Of a stretch of 64,000 bases of DNA, positions 59,970-64,000 are shown in pieces (the first letter of the stretch is position 1; each line of letters starts with the position of its first letter). The position numbers and the translations under genes are program-made. The stretch spans positions 62,961 to 126,960 of the IMG/VR virus record IMGVR_UViG_3300021255_000060; one strand, given 5' to 3'. Origin of the DNA: a virus (taxonomy: Duplodnaviria; Heunggongvirae; Uroviricota; Caudoviricetes). Under the pieces are notes generated by a model. It ran no database searches and was not told the origin of the DNA. It saw nothing but the letters and a program-made list of their open reading frames with translations.

Positions 59970-60411
59970 CTATTTTATATTGTTCTTTTCTTGCTTCAAT
60001 TTCTCAAGGTCTAGATCAATAGTTTATGTTATTGTACTCCATACCTTTTCAAGAAAAAGTTGTACCTTTCAAACTTAAATCACCTCTATAATATTGGCTT
60101 AAATGTACCATTTCATGACAAATAATAGGAATGATGTCTGTAATATCACTTCTTAAATGAAGTGTATACATATTAGTTTTACCTGCTCTACTTAAAATAG
60201 CTTGCATTTTAACATCATCTGTATCAAACCTTTTTAATGCAGTATCGTTAGTAAAAACATTTAAAATAACATCTGTTATACCTAATATTTCAGTAAGTAT
60301 TATTTTACATACAATCTGTAAATCATATTTTGATTTTACTCTTGCATGTCAATTTACTTCTGGTTTTAAGCCAAACTCTCATTTTCGAGGTTGTTTCTTT
60401 TTAAAAAACAT
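59970..60411 (-). CDS. HExxH zinc metallopeptidase-like (SprT/ImmA-type) protein, several TGA
   Basis: Hand translation from the ATG at 60411 gives MFFKKKQPRK[W]EFGLKPEVN[W]HARVKS.. ..IIPIICHEMVHLSQYY. Confidence 0.35.
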
Positions 60412-60431
60412 TATACACATTATTTATGATG

Positions 60432-60626
60432 TCAAGATCTTGCATTACGTGCGAAATTGGCCTTCTTTCGAATTTTTGGATTCGGAGATCTTAAGCCTTT
60501 TGCTATACACGCCTCTGTTACTTTACCGTTACAATATTTTGTAAACGATCCTTTTTGAGACTCTTTTATTTTAATCTTAGAGCCTTTCTTAAATTTTTGT
60601 ACTAAGTATTCTATTTTCTCATTCAT
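60432..60626 (-). CDS. small basic protein
   Basis: 64-aa ORF. Confidence 0.3.
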   Translation of the reverse strand: MNEKIEYLVQKFKKGSKIKIKESQKGSFTKYCNGKVTEACIAKGLRSPNPKIRKKANFARNARS

Positions 60627-60711
60627 AATATTCTATTTTTATTTATTATTTGCAAATATAAATATTTTTGATTATATTTCAAAATACAGATTTTGAATTG
60701 CGAATAAAAAT

Positions 60712-60727
60712 GATTATATTTGCGCGG
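60712..60727 (+). promoter_or_regulatory. Bacteroidetes-type -7 promoter element TATATTTG
   Basis: GATTATATTTGCGCGG lies about 55 nt upstream of the ATG at 60781. Divergent promoter region 60627-60780. Confidence 0.3.
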
Positions 60728-60780
60728 AAAATAATAAGAATATAAGAACATAAAATAAATAAACTTAAACTAATATATAA

Positions 60781-61161
60781 ATGGATATTACATCAATACT
60801 AATTGCAATTATTGGAGCTCTTGCTGGAGGCGGCCTTGTATCTCTTTTAACAATACGTGAAACTAGAAAAAGTATGAAAATAGATAATAAAGCAAAAGAA
60901 GATGATCGTTGAAGTAAATTAGCAGATGAACTTCAAGATCAAAATGAAACTTTGAACGAAAGAATTGATAAAAAAGATGCAAGAATCATTGAACTTGAAG
61001 ATAGAAATGCTACTTTGCGAGAACAATTGGATAAATCTAGAAGTAAGTGTATTGCTGCGGAACTAATAAAATGTGTAAAATTAGAATGCACAGATAGAGT
61101 GCCTAAAATAGGTACAAAATATTTAGATGTAGATCAAATTGTTAAACAAAGCGAAGAATAA
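60781..61161 (+). CDS. type-II membrane protein with periplasmic coiled coil (spanin/holin-like?)
   Basis: MDITSILIAIIGALAGGGLVSLLTI (TM helix), then a coiled coil. 1 TGA. 126 aa. Confidence 0.35.
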
Positions 61162-61196
61162 AAGATGATTATGATAATGCTAAATGTTAATGAATT

Positions 61197-62144
61197 ATGC
61201 CAGCTGCAAAGAATATTGAAGAAAAATACATAAACGGAATTAAGGTAGACAAAGAAGATGATAACGTTTTCTTTAACGATGAAACACACACATATTATGA
61301 TAAGAAGACTTTAAAAAAATATATTTCAGTTACTACACTTATAAATGCTTATTCACAAGAATTTGATGAAGAATTTTGATCTGCATATAAGGCTCTAGAG
61401 GAACTTATGGATGGAGACAAATGGTCTATCGTAAAACCAATGTTACTTAATACAAAAAAAGTAAAATTGGAATTACTTCCAAAATGAGGTATAAACGAAG
61501 AACAATTTAAACTTACTCAGGACGCAATTAAAGCAGAATATAAAAGAAAGCGTGATGAATCTTGTGATAGAGGAACTAAAATCCACGAAGAATTTGAAAT
61601 GGGATTTTATAATAATAAAAAATTTGATTTTGAATTATATAAACTTCCAAATCTTTGTGGAGAATTTGAGTGTAGACAAAACTATTATAAACTAGATCTT
61701 AAAAAAGGTGTTTATCCGGAATTACTATTGTCTTGCATATTTGATAATGTATATATATCTGGACAGATTGATCTTTGCATTGTAGATGGTACTGATGTTT
61801 ACATCATAGATCACAAAACTAACGCAGAGATTAAAAAACACTCGTTCTTTGACAGTAGAAGAAAGAAAAGAATAATGATGAAGGCACCTTTACAAAATCT
61901 AGAAGATTGTTCATGGTCTCATTATTGTTTGCAATTATCTTTATATGCTTATATGATTGAAACGCTCTATCCGCATTTAAAAATCAAAGAGCTGAAAATA
62001 AATCATATAGATCATAATGATGTAGAAACAATATTGGACGTTCCATATTTAAAAGATGATGTACAAAGAATGATAAAAGATTATTCTAAGAAACTTAGAA
62101 TAAAGGAACAATTAGATAGAAATGAACCATATAAATTAGGTTAA
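61197..62144 (+). CDS. PD-(D/E)xK family nuclease (RecB/Cas4-like exonuclease)
   Basis: ORFs 61197..61379 and 61599..62144 are in frame, joined through 2 TGA. Motifs YISVTTLI ... GQIDLCIVDGTDVYIIDHKT (D...D.K). Confidence 0.45.
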
Positions 62145-62145
62145 T

Positions 62146-62361
62146 ATGACTTCTGAAGAAAGAATGGCAATATGTAAAGCATGCCCTATTAGGAAAGAGG
62201 ATCCTACATACGGCATTATATGTGATAGTAGTAAGTATATGAATAAAGATACAGGAGAAGTATCCAGACTTCCTCATGCTGGGTGAATTAAAGGCTGCGG
62301 ATGTAAAATGAACTATAAAACAAAAAGTCCATCTGCTAAATGCACTGCTGGAAAATGGTAG
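62146..62361 (+). CDS. zinc-ribbon protein
   Basis: MTSEERMAICKACPIRKEDPTYGIICDSS...GCGCKMNYK, Cys pairs. Confidence 0.35.
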
Positions 62362-62582
62362 TGACTGATTTGTTTGCAGAAGTAGATAATCATGCAAAGA
62401 ACCTTGATTTTCAATTTATGGATACCAAGCATTGTTTAGGAAAAGATTTAAATAGATTATATAAGGATTTAAATATACATTCTTACTATAGTTTAGATTT
62501 TCCAATAGGTCATACAAATGATGGAGAACCAATATATTTGGTAAGTGTTCCTAAGAATTGTAATTTGGATTATATATGATAA
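62355..62582 (+). CDS. hypothetical protein
   Basis: MVVTDLFAEVDNHAKNLDFQF.. ends ..DYI[W] then TAA. Confidence 0.3.
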
Positions 62583-62803
62583 GGTTTTTTAATTGGTTCA
62601 AAAGAGTATACGAAGGATGAAAAAATGTAATTCTTGGTATAAATACAGAAGAATATCAGAAAAGGTATGATATTTGTATGGCTTGTGATAAAAAAATAAG
62701 ATTAACTCGTAATCACTATATATGTTCTATTTGTGGTTGCGAATTAAAAGCTAAGTCTAGATCTAAAGACGAAGTATGTGATTTAAATAAATGATAATAT
62801 GGA
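62576..62803 (+). CDS. zinc-ribbon protein
   Basis: MIRFFNWFKRVYEG[W]KNVILG..YDICMACDKKIRLTRNHYICSICGCELKAK.. (CxxC...CxxC). Confidence 0.3.
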
Positions 62804-63215
62804 AATAAATGATTTTAATAAGTTAATGTCTGATAATGTGCTATCTAAACAATTAGATGGAATTAAAACCGAAGAGGTTGATATAATCCCATGTAATACT
62901 GGGGTATTAATTAAATTTTATGATGAAAATCCTTATAGAAATATTGAAAGAACTGAATCTGGTTTAATCATAGGTATACAAAGTTCTCAAAAATATCAAT
63001 CTACTGATTCAGGAGAAATTGAAGAAAATGAAGAATATGTAGCTTGTGCTAAGGTGATAGCCGTTGGACCAAAATGTCAGAATGTGCAACCTGGAGAAGA
63101 TGTATATGTAATAAAGCATATTGCTCAGCCAGTGCCATTTCGTAAGAAAGGTTATTTTAATATTTCTGAACAAAATATAATGTGTCGAATTGTTCCAAAA
63201 GGAACAAATGTTTAA
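62799..63215 (+). CDS. GroES-like co-chaperonin (T4 gp31-like)
   Basis: TESGLIIGIQ is identical to TESGLIIGK of T4 gp31. IIPCNTGVLIKF, ACAKVIAVGPK and GEDVYV..NIMCRIV follow the GroES/gp31 beta-barrel pattern. Confidence 0.5.
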   Translation: MEINDFNKLMSDNVLSKQLDGIKTEEVDIIPCNTGVLIKFYDENPYRNIERTESGLIIGIQSSQKYQSTDSGEIEENEEYVACAKVIAVGPKCQNVQPGEDVYVIKHIAQPVPFRKKGYFNISEQNIMCRIVPKGTNV

Positions 63216-63236
63216 TTTAAAAATTAATTGTAAAAT

Positions 63237-63476
63237 GTATAATGAATTAGATGACTATCGTGTATTTTTTAATCCTGGAGATGTATGCACAATTAAACAT
63301 GATATTCCAAATAAACCACTTATGTGAGTTGTTGAAAAATCTACACGTACTATGTTAAATAAAACAACTAACGAGAAGGAAAATATATTTTTAGGTATTA
63401 AATGCAGATGATTTGATGTAAATCAAGTTATGCATGAAGAATTATTTTCTACTAAAGATCTTTTAAAAGTATAAAC
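63237..63476 (+). CDS. hypothetical protein
   Basis: MYNELDDYRVFFNPGDVCTIKHD.., 2 TGA. Confidence 0.3.
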
Positions 63477-63477
63477 A

Positions 63478-64000
63478 ATGATAAAGCCGATAAAATTCGA
63501 AAAAGGTGGAAAGTCTGTAAAAAGAGCTAAAGATGCAGATATGATCAAAGGAATACAAGATGCTCTTGGTGTAGATGAACAACAAATGGTACAACTATGG
63601 CAGTCTGGTATTGAAAAATATGGTTCTGAAGAAGGTCTATATGATGCAATTGGTCAAGCAATGTCTGGGTTTGATGAAACTACACCAAGAGAAGAAGTTG
63701 GAAAAGCGTTAATGCAAGTATTCTCTCCAGAAGAATCACAAATGTTTAAATGCGGAGGAAAAATGCAGCAACTTGTTGCTAAACACTCTAAAGGGAAGAA
63801 AGTAGATTGTGGTTGTGGTGGTACTAAGATTGCATTCGGAGAAGATGGATTTTCAGATGGAATGCCAAAAGGCACAAGAAGAATCACTGCACAAAAAGAT
63901 ACTATTGAAACATATCCATTAGGAAATATTGCAGAAGTTACAAGAAGATCATATTTTGGAAAACCCGATATAGATTATAATGTAATGTATGATAATGCAA
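63478..64000 (+). CDS. hypothetical protein, partial (continues beyond the window)
   Basis: MIKPIKFEKGGKSVKRAKDADMIKGIQDALG.. is open to the end of the window. Confidence 0.35.
   Translation, partial: MIKPIKFEKGGKSVKRAKDADMIKGIQDALGVDEQQMVQLWQSGIEKYGSEEGLYDAIGQAMSGFDETTPREEVGKALMQVFSPEESQMFKCGGKMQQLVAKHSKGKKVDCGCGGTKIAFGEDGFSDGMPKGTRRITAQKDTIETYPLGNIAEVTRRSYFGKPDIDYNVMYDNA

Noticed and set aside
1-64000. TGA-to-Gly (code 25) instead of TGA-to-Trp
   Set aside because: Paralogues place TGA at a position encoded by TGG in the sister gene. TGA also falls at the hydrophobic M/F position of the SLT GLMQ motif and in aromatic-rich contexts. At one GroEL position TGA aligns with Ala/Val, so some uncertainty remains.
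1-64000. rRNA genes or bacterial chromosomal origin
   Set aside because: No rRNA-like conserved stretches. Gene content (primase, PolB, tail fibre, lysin, about 18 tRNAs, terminator families) is phage-like throughout.

Overview
AT-rich 64-kb stretch of a tailed dsDNA phage genome, most likely a crAss-like (Crassvirales-type) phage of a Bacteroidetes host; the host inference rests on TAnnTTTG -7 promoter motifs and a BspA-type LRR tail-fibre gene. Positions 1-42.6 kb are almost entirely minus-strand: a replication module (Hjc-like resolvase, Toprim primase, two SSB-tailed proteins, P-loop ATPase, DnaB-like helicase, SF2 helicase, compact family-B DNA polymerase), then auxiliary genes (M42-type peptidase, MgtC, three metallophosphoesterases, GroEL, AAA+ ATPase, HAD phosphatase, GMP reductase, NUDIX, a vWA protein, SPFH lipoprotein) interleaved with about 18 tRNA or tRNA-like genes. 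An iteron array plus a Rep-like HTH gene (42.9-44.0 kb) is followed by 1.1 kb of structured non-coding DNA and a GC-rich island of small genes (45.1-50.8 kb) that ends in twin ~180-nt leader repeats. The plus-strand block from 51.2 kb holds late genes: a lytic transglycosylase, a coiled-coil fibre protein, a T4 gp31-like co-chaperonin, a PD-(D/E)xK nuclease and zinc-ribbon proteins, with a minus-strand LRR tail fibre at 58.0-59.5 kb. The main finding is genome-wide TGA-to-Trp recoding. Most backbone genes carry in-frame TGA codons, which is why the six-frame ORF track looks fragmented. Two tandem paralogues carry TGG and TGA at the same aligned Trp position. A tRNA with anticodon UCA sits at 16733-16803. 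The gene coordinates below merge TGA-split ORFs where the frame arithmetic supports it. All tRNA calls and domain assignments are manual and should be rechecked with tRNAscan-SE or ARAGORN and profile searches.
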